Shown here: piece after piece, positions 1-8,814 of the stretch
Numbering within the stretch: the stretch's first letter is position 1
Layout of the letters: the number at the start of each line of letters is the position of its first letter
Source: a virus
Taxonomy: Duplodnaviria > Caudoviricetes
DNA length: 40,988 nucleotides
IMG/VR virus record: IMGVR_UViG_3300024284_000006
Coordinates: 1 to 40,988 of that record
Direction: 5' to 3' (one strand)
Program-made: the position numbers and the translations under genes
Notes under the pieces: generated by a model
What the model was told of the DNA's origin: nothing
What the model saw: the letters and a program-made list of their open reading frames with translations, nothing else
Databases searched by the model: none

Positions 1-127
1 TTGTGGGAGAAAATCGGTCAGTCTGTATCAACCGGTAAGCGTCTCGCCGTCTATGAAACCGGCCTTTTATTCCTCGTCTTTCTCGACTTATGATAATTCG
101 ACCAATGCTGGCTTTAATGTCAACTCT
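1..127. repeat. Terminal overlap of circular assembly (copy 1)
   Basis: 1-127 is identical to 40862-40988; 127 nt is a common assembler k-mer; the tail ORF is continuous across the junction. Confidence 0.95.
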
Positions 128-1603
128 TATCAGGTGGGTAGCTCGCAGACTACCCTCATAACGACTGCATATAACGAAAATAGCTCATTAAAGAGGTTTT
201 TTCAGACAGACATTGAACCACTGCAAAAGGTCGGTGTTTTTATAATCTCTAAAGGGACTGGCGACTGGACGCTTACTTTACACGATGGATTGAACAATGT
301 TTTGGCCACTTCAACAATCACGAATGCTAACTTGACAAACAACGTTTTCAATTATTTTACTTTTCCAAATGCCGCCAACTCACAAGTCAGGCTGTACGTA
401 AAGCCGAATGCCCGAACGTACCACTTCCACCTGACGTCTACCGTTGCTGACGGAACGGTCTCGTCAACTGCTAAGAACGACTTAGGGACTTGTGACCTTC
501 AGGTGTGGGCAGATCGCATGGTACAGACCACCAATGGCATGCACCCGATGACCCGGTTTTTGCAATACGAGTGCATAGGTAACGGTAATTACCTGAGCGT
601 ATGGGAGCCGTTGAGTGATCCGCCAACCAACGATGAGTGGCAGCGACACAGGTTAGTTTTCCCACAAGAATATGAAGTCTGTGGGCTGGCCGTATTCAAC
701 GAATACCTGGCCATTGCCTGTGAGCGTACGACAACGAGCACGGATAATCCCCAAGAAGGCATAATTTTCTTCTGGGACGGTCTTAGTTCTACCTATAACT
801 ACCTTACAAAGATACCCGAAGGTTCGCCATATGCAATTCATGAATACAAAAACGTCATATATTATTACGCTGGGGGCGCTTGGTATGCGATTGGTTCCCC
901 TGCCTCGCAACCGGTAAAGGTTAGAACAATGCCGGGAGTTGATGGAGAATTTTCGGGATCGTCGATGCAGATAAAGGTTAACCCCTATGCAGCCACGGTG
1001 CGCAAAGGGATACATATGATGGGCTGGCCATCCACGACAGTTAATACTGATATCCAGTTTGGAGTGTATTCGTACGGGGCTATTGACAAGAACTTCCCAG
1101 ATTCGTTTGGCTACTCCTACCCAATAAGCACGGGGACACTTACCTACACGCCTCAGAACAATCTGACTATTGGTATGGTCAAAAGCTACGGCTCTTTGAT
1201 GCATATATCGTGGAGAGACGATATCAATGGCGGCTATGGTATAGATGTAGTCGATAACTCTTCACCGCCAGCTACAACGGCCATCTGGGAATCGATTATA
1301 TTTGACAATGGGTTTACCTCTAAGGAAAAGACAGGGCTTTACTTGCTTGCAAGCTTTTTAGATTTGCCGGCCGACTGCTCTTTTGTTCTGAAATATAGTA
1401 TTAACAGGGGAGATTGGGTGTATTCGGATCCGTTTACGAGTACAAACCAGGTTTACCCTGGGCTTGCGAGGTTTGACGTTACGGGGAATAACCGGTTTTA
1501 TGAAGCAGAGATAGGCATTGAGATCACTTCGGGGACCACGACACCAACGTTTACAAGCTTGGCGCTTATCTTTAATGACAATGCTGAGGAAAGCTTGAGC
1601 TAA
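1..1603 (+). CDS. 3' part of a ~647-aa tail nozzle/stabilisation-type virion protein that starts at 40521
   Basis: In frame with ATG 40521 across the junction with no stops; beta-rich; follows the adaptor-like gene and precedes the ejection-like genes, as in podoviruses. Confidence 0.65.
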   Translation, partial: CGRKSVSLYQPVSVSPSMKPAFYSSSFSTYDNSTNAGFNVNSYQVGSSQTTLITTAYNENSSLKRFFQTDIEPLQKVGVFIISKGTGDWTLTLHDGLNNVLATSTITNANLTNNVFNYFTFPNAANSQVRLYVKPNARTYHFHLTSTVADGTVSSTAKNDLGTCDLQVWADRMVQTTNGMHPMTRFLQYECIGNGNYLSVWEPLSDPPTNDEWQRHRLVFPQEYEVCGLAVFNEYLAIACERTTTSTDNPQEGIIFFWDGLSSTYNYLTKIPEGSPYAIHEYKNVIYYYAGGAWYAIGSPASQPVKVRTMPGVDGEFSGSSMQIKVNPYAATVRKGIHMMGWPSTTVNTDIQFGVYSYGAIDKNFPDSFGYSYPISTGTLTYTPQNNLTIGMVKSYGSLMHISWRDDINGGYGIDVVDNSSPPATTAIWESIIFDNGFTSKEKTGLYLLASFLDLPADCSFVLKYSINRGDWVYSDPFTSTNQVYPGLARFDVTGNNRFYEAEIGIEITSGTTTPTFTSLALIFNDNAEESLS

Positions 1604-2298
1604 TGAGTGTATTGAACGATGCTCAGCAGGGCGGTGATCCCTTCTTAGTTAAGCAGCCGTTTACCGCGGAGGTCGGAACGGTACCCGAAATGAACCTGGA
1701 ACGCACCCTTCCCCGTCAGGTTAGTACAGGTGTGTCGCGGGGAGTTCAGCAGCTAGGTAGCCCCAATGTGTTTGTAGATTCTGGGTCGAACCAGATCATG
1801 GTATCAGATACGGTAAACCAGATCACCACTAATAGGGTCCTTGTGGGCAAGCAAGAGACATTTGGGGAGGGTTTTTATGTGTCCAAACCAGGCAAAGACG
1901 TGGCGAAGATCACCGATTCGGCGGAGCTCATCTTTAACAGCAATCAGAATGTTTTCAAGGTTGTAGATTCAAACTCAATAAGTTTTGCTGTTAGCAATCT
2001 CGCTACTGGGGCTACCTTTACCGAGCCGGTTGCGCATGGGCAGAAAGACGTGCCCGCCATAATCGCTTTCTTAAATGGTAGCAGTTCAAGCTATTTGACA
2101 TTTGGGAGATACTATGCGGTACCCACTACCGTACCAGTTGCTGTAGGCGGAGTATATCAAGCCGGTATCCAGTACAGTTATCAGGTCGACCAGACGTTTA
2201 TATATTTTACAGTTAGCAACTATACCAGTCTATCTCCCATAACAGATGTCGGGACGGCGACCTTTAAGTACTATATATTACAAGAGACGGCGGCCTGA
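1603..2298 (+). CDS. Putative virion/tail protein
   Basis: 231-aa ORF coupled by TAATG overlap; beta-rich; lies in the tail module. Confidence 0.55.
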   Translation: MSVLNDAQQGGDPFLVKQPFTAEVGTVPEMNLERTLPRQVSTGVSRGVQQLGSPNVFVDSGSNQIMVSDTVNQITTNRVLVGKQETFGEGFYVSKPGKDVAKITDSAELIFNSNQNVFKVVDSNSISFAVSNLATGATFTEPVAHGQKDVPAIIAFLNGSSSSYLTFGRYYAVPTTVPVAVGGVYQAGIQYSYQVDQTFIYFTVSNYTSLSPITDVGTATFKYYILQETAA

Positions 2299-2300
2299 GG

Positions 2301-2366
2301 TTGTTTGCCAGGGTTTTTTGTCGTATAATACCCCACATAGGACAGCCCTTCGCGGGCTGTTTTTTT
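2301..2366 (+). promoter_or_regulatory. Sigma70-like promoter with promoter-proximal AGGACAGCCC terminator
   Basis: TTGTTT-17-TATAAT (2324-2329), 9 nt, then AGGACAGCCC-TTCGC-GGGCTGT-TTTTTT. Confidence 0.75.
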
Positions 2367-2383
2367 ATTTGTAAGGAATTTAC

Positions 2384-3166
2384 ATGAATCCTGCGAACTC
2401 TCAAGAAGCTCTTGCCCAGTTACAACAGATACAATCTCAGGCTCAGAATCCTAACGACATTCTTGCAAACCAACGTCAACAGTTGGGAGTTAATGCCGCG
2501 AATGAGACCGTGACTGGTCTGCGTGGCGCTATAAACAATACGACACAACTGCTGAAGCAAGTCGCCCCTTCTGTTATGGGACGTACAGGCAATTCTTTGG
2601 TCACGAGTGCGCAGGCTGGCCGGATTATCCAGAATGAACAGGCTCCTATCTCACAGAACTTGGCTGATCAGGGACAACAATATAGCCAAGCCGCCGAGAA
2701 CTTAAACAAATTGGAATCACAAGCAGGACAGGCTGCAAGCGGGATTTACCAGGGGCAGCAAGATAAGTTGAGTTATGCACAGAACTTGTACAATACGCTG
2801 TATCAGAAGGAACGGGACGCTCAGCAAGCAGCCCAGGCTGAAGCAAATCGACAGGAGCAGATTAGGCAGTTCAATGAGCAGCAGGCTGCGAGTCAGAAAG
2901 CAGCGACTTCTGCTTCCGCGAGTAACTCTCCTAACTGGGCCCAATTACTATCTTCGGTTATGCCTACACCAAAGTTTATAGGTAACGATGATCTTCGCGG
3001 TCGTTTGGCGTATGCTGCCCAAAAAGAGGGAAACCAAGATGCGGCTATTGCTTTGAAATATGTAGGTAATGACGGCAAATACTACCTGGATCCTTACGTC
3101 ACTAACCCTTCTATCATCAAATCACTTAACGCTGTTGGTGCTACTAATGTGTGGAAGCAAAAATAA
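2384..3166 (+). CDS. Putative ejection/internal virion protein (Gln/Ala-rich, helical)
   Basis: 260 aa, Q/A-rich coiled-coil composition, AAGGA RBS, positioned after the nozzle gene. Confidence 0.55.
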   Translation: MNPANSQEALAQLQQIQSQAQNPNDILANQRQQLGVNAANETVTGLRGAINNTTQLLKQVAPSVMGRTGNSLVTSAQAGRIIQNEQAPISQNLADQGQQYSQAAENLNKLESQAGQAASGIYQGQQDKLSYAQNLYNTLYQKERDAQQAAQAEANRQEQIRQFNEQQAASQKAATSASASNSPNWAQLLSSVMPTPKFIGNDDLRGRLAYAAQKEGNQDAAIALKYVGNDGKYYLDPYVTNPSIIKSLNAVGATNVWKQK

Positions 3167-5154
3167 TGGGTACACTCATCGGTGATTATTTTGTAGAGAA
3201 GGGGCAAAACATTCCGTCTAGTTCGGCCGGTGTCACTAAACAACAAACACCAGCAAAAAAGAAGCCTGGGGGGCTCGGGGGGCTCTTAAGTGCTGTGGCG
3301 CGACCTTTTAACCAGTTACTTATTGAACCGACTGTTTCTGCCACTAAACAATTAGCAGCCGAAGTTACAGGAAACAAAGTCGCTGAAGTGAACGCTAGAA
3401 AAAACTTATTCGGTGGTGCTAAAACCGCTGAGGATGCCTTGAAGAACATTGCCGGTAACGCTGCTCAAGTTGGTGCGACTTTTGTGGCACCCGGAGCCAC
3501 AGGTATCGGCTCAAAAATTGTACAGGGAGCAAAGGCCGGAGCTCTAGCCGGGGGTGGACAAGCCCTTGCAAACCATGAGGATGTACTTAAAGGTACGCTC
3601 GGGGGGGCCACTATTGGCGGCTCCACCAGTGGGATTTTAAGTAAGGTACTTAAGAGTAGTGGACCCAAGACCTCCGCTAGCAACTCGTTTCTTAAGAACC
3701 TAACAACGCAAGGTCAACAAATGCAGGCCAGAGGGCTTGGGATTAGCGGTGGCGCAAAAGTCGCCGGCAAAGAGCTTGCACCTCAAGATACCGAGAGAAT
3801 GCTAAATGTACTGAAAAACGAAGGTATTCAGCCGGGCAATGCTAACAGTGCCGCACGAGAGCTAAACGTAAAACTCAAAACATATGGACAACAGATAGCG
3901 GATCATTTTAAAACCAATAACGCTCCTTTGCACCCAGAGGACACAAAAGCTATAGCATCCAACTTTATTGGGGGTTTAGGGACAACTGATCCAAGTGTCT
4001 TAAAACAGGCTCAGATTCTGGCCAATGATTTACGGAAAAATGTTAAAGATACCAAGACTTTATGGGAGTTCAGAAAAACCCTTGATAGCAAGATACCAGA
4101 TACTAAATTTATGGATGCGGCCACATCTAACAAAGTGACTGCTCTCAAAGCAATGCGGGAATATATATCAAAGGAGTTAGGGGACACCCCTGGGATGCAA
4201 GGGTATCATAATTTGTCGGAGATCAAACCATTTTTGGGTAAAGGTATGCGCGAGTTGAATCAACCCAGCGGAGGAGTGATCGGTCGTATAGTTTCAAGCG
4301 GGCCGGCCCAAAAGGTCGAAGCAGGGATAGGTAAAAACGTAGAGAGATTAGGTAAAATAGGGGACTTGCCCGTCGAAACGACTCCGTCAAGTTCAAGAGA
4401 AGGCTTTTTGAATAGAATGCTATATAAAGCCGCTGGGAGTCGTGCCGCACCAGCCGTTGTAACCGAAGGGGTAATGAATAATCGTACCGATCCAATAAGC
4501 CAAGACCAATCTAGTGCGGATCTAGTGCCCTCGCTTGACTTGGCACCCAGTTCTAATCAGTCTACACAGCCTTACAATGAAAAAACTACTCAAAGCTCAG
4601 ATCCTTTCGCTCCCGAAAATGTGCCGAATCTAGTCGGGTTAATACTCTCACAGGGAGGGACGCAAAAAGATGTTGCAGAATACCTAGCAAACGTAGAGCT
4701 ATATCAAAAACTTACAGCTTCTTCCCCCAAGTCTAAGATCGGTGTTGTGAGTAGTCAGAATTATGCGAATGCGTTAAGTGGCTCTCAAAGCATTCAGGCC
4801 TTGAGAGATAAACTGACACAGAATCCTTCTCTTCTGACAAAAAGTGCTATACCTGGGGGTAGCCTGCCCATCATTGGAGGTTACATTAAGAACATTAGTG
4901 GCACTGGCGAACTAGATGCGTTGGCATACAATATTGCTGATAAATACCTAAAACTTACGACAGGCGCAACAGCTACTGATGCTGAGATTAAAAATACGGC
5001 CACAAAATTGATGCCCCGGGCAGGAGATAGCCCAGATACTGTCAAACTTAAGCTACAACAGCTTGAGGATTACTATAATACGATCATTGGACAGGCAAAT
5101 GGTCAAACAAATGATGCAGGTATCCAAGATATACTAGCTAATAATGGATCATAG
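3166..5154 (+). CDS. Putative large ejection/DNA-transfer protein
   Basis: ~662 aa with G/A-rich amphipathic segments typical of podoviral ejection proteins; TAATG coupling at 3164-3168. Confidence 0.55.
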   Translation: MGTLIGDYFVEKGQNIPSSSAGVTKQQTPAKKKPGGLGGLLSAVARPFNQLLIEPTVSATKQLAAEVTGNKVAEVNARKNLFGGAKTAEDALKNIAGNAAQVGATFVAPGATGIGSKIVQGAKAGALAGGGQALANHEDVLKGTLGGATIGGSTSGILSKVLKSSGPKTSASNSFLKNLTTQGQQMQARGLGISGGAKVAGKELAPQDTERMLNVLKNEGIQPGNANSAARELNVKLKTYGQQIADHFKTNNAPLHPEDTKAIASNFIGGLGTTDPSVLKQAQILANDLRKNVKDTKTLWEFRKTLDSKIPDTKFMDAATSNKVTALKAMREYISKELGDTPGMQGYHNLSEIKPFLGKGMRELNQPSGGVIGRIVSSGPAQKVEAGIGKNVERLGKIGDLPVETTPSSSREGFLNRMLYKAAGSRAAPAVVTEGVMNNRTDPISQDQSSADLVPSLDLAPSSNQSTQPYNEKTTQSSDPFAPENVPNLVGLILSQGGTQKDVAEYLANVELYQKLTASSPKSKIGVVSSQNYANALSGSQSIQALRDKLTQNPSLLTKSAIPGGSLPIIGGYIKNISGTGELDALAYNIADKYLKLTTGATATDAEIKNTATKLMPRAGDSPDTVKLKLQQLEDYYNTIIGQANGQTNDAGIQDILANNGS

Positions 5155-5163
5155 GAGGACATT

Positions 5164-5340
5164 ATGAACACGATTAAGAAAACCGGCACATTTCACGGTA
5201 AGAGCAACAAACTCGGTGGTGGTGGCAGATTTGCTCAAATGGAAGCCAAAGGCATGAGCGGTGGCCTGGCTGCCTTTATTGGTCGCAAACTCTATGGCAA
5301 GAAAAAGATGGTCAAGATGGCTGCAAAGGCCAAGAAGTAG
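5164..5340 (+). CDS. 58-aa highly basic Lys/Gly-rich protein
   Basis: AGGAGG RBS; MNTIKKTGTFHGKSNKLGGGGRFAQMEAKG...KAKK; not in the ORF track. Confidence 0.7.
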   Translation: MNTIKKTGTFHGKSNKLGGGGRFAQMEAKGMSGGLAAFIGRKLYGKKKMVKMAAKAKK

Positions 5341-5357
5341 ACTCGCTTAATGCGAAA

Positions 5358-5513
5358 TCATTCGTCATCGTCGTCTTCATTATCCCCGGATTTATTTCGT
5401 TTCAGCCCTTGACCTTCTAGCATGCTGTCCAAGACGACACAGATTATTAGGCCAAGCCATGTGAAAAACCACCAGTTAAATAACAGGCCCACTAGGTAAA
5501 CAAGAGTTATCAC
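5358..5513 (-). CDS. 51-aa membrane peptide with acidic tail
   Basis: GTG start after AAGGA; hydrophobic ITLVYLVGLLFNWWFFTWLGLIICVVL then ...NEDDDDE; lies downstream of a consensus promoter. Confidence 0.55.
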   Translation of the reverse strand: MITLVYLVGLLFNWWFFTWLGLIICVVLDSMLEGQGLKRNKSGDNEDDDDE

Positions 5514-5540
5514 TGCGGCTATCCTTTTAAACTAATATGG

Positions 5541-5569
5541 ATTATACCATGTGGATAACTATATGTCAA
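5541..5569 (-). promoter_or_regulatory. Consensus sigma70 promoter with a DnaA box in the spacer
   Basis: TTGACA-17-TATAAT on the minus strand; TTATCCACA at 5550-5558 (minus). Confidence 0.8.
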
Positions 5570-5576
5570 TGGCATT

Positions 5577-5604
5577 TTGACGTTCTTAATAGACCTGCTA
5601 TAAT
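5577..5604 (+). promoter_or_regulatory. Sigma70 promoter for a short non-coding RNA
   Basis: TTGACG-16-TATAAT with extended TG; no convincing ORF downstream. Confidence 0.7.
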
Positions 5605-5610
5605 GAATGC

Positions 5611-5790
5611 AGTCTTTGGCCAGGCGGGTAAAAGCCCCTAATTGTGTAAGGGGCTTTTTGTTTGCTTTCTGGCCAGGCGGGTAAGTTGATCTTGATGCTC
5701 TTGTGATAAGCGCCAGGACTCACCCGCCAAGTGAAAAGCAACAAAAAACGCCGAGGATATGTTCATATCACTCGGCGCTGTGCCTGATAG
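5611..5790. ncRNA. Convergent sense/antisense small-RNA locus
   Basis: Promoters on both sides; bidirectional terminator 5630-5658; 15-nt direct repeat TGGCCAGGCGGGTAA (5617, 5670); long hairpin 5655-5748; minus-strand terminator 5743-5777. Confidence 0.6.
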
Positions 5791-5801
5791 GTATTATAAC
5801 A
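5743..5801 (-). promoter_or_regulatory. Extended -10 promoter with promoter-proximal terminator (variant AGGCACAGCGCC)
   Basis: TGtTATAAT (-10 at 5798-5793), 7 nt, then AGGCACAG-CGCCGAG...CTCGGCG-TTTTTT. Confidence 0.65.
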
Positions 5802-5803
5802 CG

Positions 5804-6037
5804 TTAACTTAGGAGGCGGCGGGTTTCGTCGTTGAGGTTTTTGGCTTGTTCGGGGTAGGCTTTGTAGAAGTCTACTTGGTTTTTTTGGAGCATCTCTTTG
5901 CGGTGGCGGACCTTCATATCTTCGCGGCCGGCACGGGCAGCAGTTTCGTTGGGTTTGATGATCTCGGCTGAGATGTCATCGCCGTAGATGATGCGACCTG
6001 ATCTAATAACTGCTCTTTTTTTAGTGGGTTCAATCAT
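5804..6037 (-). CDS. Hypothetical protein
   Basis: 77 aa, AAGGAG RBS, last gene of the chaperonin operon. Confidence 0.7.
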   Translation of the reverse strand: MIEPTKKRAVIRSGRIIYGDDISAEIIKPNETAARAGREDMKVRHRKEMLQKNQVDFYKAYPEQAKNLNDETRRLLS

Positions 6038-6044
6038 TACTATT

Positions 6045-6272
6045 CTACTCCTTAGGATTAAGGCGGGCCATCATTTTTTCGCGTTCGTAGAGGGCGGTTT
6101 GTACGGGGTCATAGGGGTCAATGATTTCGCTTACTGGTTCTTCTTTGACCGGTTTATCCACCTTCTCTTTTACGGCTTGTTGGAGAGATTTGATCTGTTT
6201 TGTGAGGTCGCCTAGTTTGTAGCCGAGAGTGAAGGACGCTAGGAGGGAGAGGAGCCAAATGAGATAAGTCAT
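6045..6272 (-). CDS. Small membrane-anchored protein
   Basis: Start MTYLIWLLSLLASFTLG (TM segment) overlaps the upstream stop (ATGA). Confidence 0.65.
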   Translation of the reverse strand: MTYLIWLLSLLASFTLGYKLGDLTKQIKSLQQAVKEKVDKPVKEEPVSEIIDPYDPVQTALYEREKMMARLNPKE

Positions 6273-6388
6273 CCCAGTAGTCCATGTACAATAACCTTGC
6301 CACAAATAGTGCATTTGAAGCGCTCTTGGGTCAGAGAATAACTGGTACACAGATATCTGTGAAGCCCAAGTTTACACCTCCAGCTCAT
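6269..6388 (-). CDS. 39-aa Cys/His-rich peptide (possible zinc binding)
   Basis: MSWRCKLGLHRY...KCTICGK; fills the gap between groEL and the next gene, with ATGA coupling. Confidence 0.5.
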   Translation of the reverse strand: MSWRCKLGLHRYLCTSYSLTQERFKCTICGKVIVHGLLG

Positions 6389-6390
6389 AG

Positions 6391-7971
6391 TTACTTTTCC
6401 GTGTTATCCGCAAAGACGACACCGAGGCCAACTTTGATGGTTTCGGCGGCCATGCCGGTGGCGTGGGTTATTACTTCTCTCACGACGACGTAGGGGTCAA
6501 CGACTCCGGACTTTACAACGTCTACTAACTGATCGCCCTCTTTCAGGTTGTAGCCTTGACCTTTGGGTGCTTTGAGAGCTTCGTCGAGTTTTAGTTCTGC
6601 GGGCAGGTTGGCATTGATGAGTAGCTGTTGAAAGGTGGCACGCAAGGCGTTGCGCGTAATGTCGGACACATCTAGCTTGCTGAGCTCGAGCATCGACACA
6701 CCGCCACCAGGTACGATGCCTTCGGCGTAGGCGTGGCGGGTGGAGTTGATGGCGTCTTCTACCCTGAACTCGATTTCTTCTTTGGTGGAATCGGTTGGCG
6801 CGCCGATTTTAAAGATGGCGATCTTGCCTTCTAATTTTGCGACACGGTCTTTTAGCTTTTCGGCGACTGCTGGGACCTCTTCGTTGGCTATTTGGTCCTT
6901 GATTTCGGCTATGCGGACCTGGATGTCTTCGGTATCGTTGGCAGCAAAGAGGGTTGACTCGCTTTTGTTAGCCACGACTTTGTCGACTGTGCCGATGTAG
7001 TGTGAGTATGGTTTGTTGTCGCGAGTGATGACGAAGTTTTTGAGGTTGGTAGTTTCGCTGATGAGCTCGCAGCCAGCGTAGAGGGCAATGTCGCTAAGCA
7101 GATACTTGCCGAGTTCGCCGTACATGGGAGGAGTTTTGATGATGACGGCGTCGATTTGGCCGGCGTTGATGGTGTTGACAATGGTTTGGTAGGCGGCGTC
7201 TTCAATATTGCCAATGAAGAGGATGCGCGGGATTTGGCCCTGTTGGAGGTTTTTGGCGCGCATGAGCCCGTTGAGAATGTCAATAGCGTCTGCACTGGAG
7301 CTGAGACGTTTGCTGGAGATGATAACGTACGGATCTACGAGCTCTTTCTTGCCCGCCTGGAGGGCTGTGAAGCCGGATTGGAGGTAGTAGCCGTCAATAT
7401 ATTCGCGCTCGATCTCGTTGATGGGAGCTTTTTCGGTGAGGATGCCGCCGTCTGGACCCACATAGAGCAATGCCTCGGCAATGAGTTGGCCGATGAGGGG
7501 GTCGCCTGCTGATACGGTAGCGACTTCTTGGAGTTGTTCGTCTTTGACAGGGATAACAAGTTTTTTGAGCTCATCGAGGAGTATGTAGCTGTCTTTTTTG
7601 ATGGTATCGCTGACATCCATGGGATGTTGGCCGGCCGCAACAGCTTGTACGGCGTTTTTGAGGAGGTTGTAGGTAAGTACGACTGTGGCGGAACTGCCGT
7701 CCCCGGAGACATTGTTGGCGGCGCGAGAGGCTTCTGCTAGGGCCTGAGCGCCCATGTTGAGTACGCGGTCGGAAAAGAACACTTGCTCGACGATGGTTAC
7801 GCCATCTCTGGTGTATGTGGGGCGGCCAAAGCCGCGCTCTAGTAAGACGTTCTTACCTTTTGGTCCGTATGTTTTGCTGACTGCTTCAAAGGCGGCTTTT
7901 GCGCCTTCGAGGAGTTGTTGCCGTAGTTTGTCTTCTTGGACGAGGATTCGCCCTTCTTTTTTATCTGCCAT
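6391..7971 (-). CDS. groEL: Chaperonin GroEL/Cpn60-like protein
   Basis: TYGPKGKNV, TRDGVTI, GDGSSATVV, RVEDAINST, GIVPGGG and GVVDP match Cpn60 signature motifs; no GGM tail. Confidence 0.95.
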   Translation of the reverse strand: MADKKEGRILVQEDKLRQQLLEGAKAAFEAVSKTYGPKGKNVLLERGFGRPTYTRDGVTIVEQVFFSDRVLNMGAQALAEASRAANNVSGDGSSATVVLTYNLLKNAVQAVAAGQHPMDVSDTIKKDSYILLDELKKLVIPVKDEQLQEVATVSAGDPLIGQLIAEALLYVGPDGGILTEKAPINEIEREYIDGYYLQSGFTALQAGKKELVDPYVIISSKRLSSSADAIDILNGLMRAKNLQQGQIPRILFIGNIEDAAYQTIVNTINAGQIDAVIIKTPPMYGELGKYLLSDIALYAGCELISETTNLKNFVITRDNKPYSHYIGTVDKVVANKSESTLFAANDTEDIQVRIAEIKDQIANEEVPAVAEKLKDRVAKLEGKIAIFKIGAPTDSTKEEIEFRVEDAINSTRHAYAEGIVPGGGVSMLELSKLDVSDITRNALRATFQQLLINANLPAELKLDEALKAPKGQGYNLKEGDQLVDVVKSGVVDPYVVVREVITHATGMAAETIKVGLGVVFADNTEK

Positions 7972-7972
7972 A

Positions 7973-8215
7973 TTACTCCTTGTTCTCTACTATTTCTATC
8001 TTTTCTAAAGAGTTTGTGCCCATAACGTCCATCCATAGTTCCATTAGTCGCTTGGACGGCATAGGGGTTTTGTTCTTTAGGGCCCTAACCATTTCGGGGG
8101 TACACAGTATTTTTTCTGGTTCGGCGGAGTTGACCCTTAGAAACTCACAGTACATGCGTACTAGGTCTTGGAATGTCAGGGTAGGTTTTTCGGTTAGGTC
8201 GAGATTGGCCATCAC
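7973..8215 (-). CDS. Hypothetical protein between groES-like and groEL
   Basis: 80-aa ORF coupled on both sides. Confidence 0.6.
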   Translation of the reverse strand: MMANLDLTEKPTLTFQDLVRMYCEFLRVNSAEPEKILCTPEMVRALKNKTPMPSKRLMELWMDVMGTNSLEKIEIVENKE

Positions 8216-8592
8216 TGCTCCATTCCGAAGGAGCCGGCGCCGTCACTGTGGATGTTTTGGGCGGAGCTTTCGGGGTCATCTTCTGCTATAAGGCTCGTTA
8301 ATTTTACGAATGCGAACTTCTCGTTGCCCTTTTGGATGATGTTGCCACGCTCGCTGAGAGCAGTCCAGTAGACTTTGCGGCCGATTTTGCTTTCCCAATA
8401 CTTGTAGAGTTCGTCGAGCTCTTTGCGCGCCATAAAGGAGTTCTCGAAACTGAAGGACCAGAAGCCAAAATAGTTGAACTTGTCTGGAAGGGCGACAAGA
8501 ATGCCACACTCTGCGGTGTCTTTGCCGTTTGGATCACCAAAGGGACCGGGGTCTTCTAGTTTGATTTTTGCTAGGTCGTTAAGCGCTTGCAT
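8212..8592 (-). CDS. Divergent GroES/Cpn10-like co-chaperonin
   Basis: MQALNDLAKIK...GILVAL...KIGRKVYW...GNEKFAFVKLTSLIA parallels the GroES strand order with an insertion; upstream of groEL. Confidence 0.6.
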   Translation of the reverse strand: MQALNDLAKIKLEDPGPFGDPNGKDTAECGILVALPDKFNYFGFWSFSFENSFMARKELDELYKYWESKIGRKVYWTALSERGNIIQKGNEKFAFVKLTSLIAEDDPESSAQNIHSDGAGSFGMEQ

Positions 8593-8691
8593 GGTACCTC
8601 TCAACTGTATAAGCTAGGGCGCCGATAACCGCAAAGCTTGACGCCCTAGATGATAAAGTTGAAGTCTTTGCGGCTAGTCTCATTACCGGAG

Positions 8692-8722
8692 ATTATACCA
8701 CGAACTAGCCGTATGTTGCTAG
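8692..8722 (-). promoter_or_regulatory. Chaperonin operon promoter overlapped by CTAGC-N8-GCTAG palindrome
   Basis: TAGCAA-18-TATAAT with extended TG; palindrome at 8705-8722. Confidence 0.65.
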
Positions 8723-8746
8723 TCGGCATCTGGAATACGTTCCAAA

Positions 8747-8794
8747 TGTGGTAAAATAGGGCTAGTAGGACAGCCCTTCCAAGGGCTGTTTTTT
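8747..8794 (+). promoter_or_regulatory. Lysis operon promoter with promoter-proximal AGGACAGCCC terminator
   Basis: TGTGG-TAAAAT (8752-8757), 9 nt, then AGGACAGCCCTT-CC-AAGGGCTGT-TTTTT. Confidence 0.75.
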
Positions 8795-8814
8795 ATTTGT
8801 AAAGGAGAAAATAT

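Noticed and set aside
5637-5731. ~30-codon TTG-start ORF inside the minus-strand RNA of the 5.7-kb locus
   Set aside because: No RBS, start buried in a stem, not toxin-like in composition; cannot be supported
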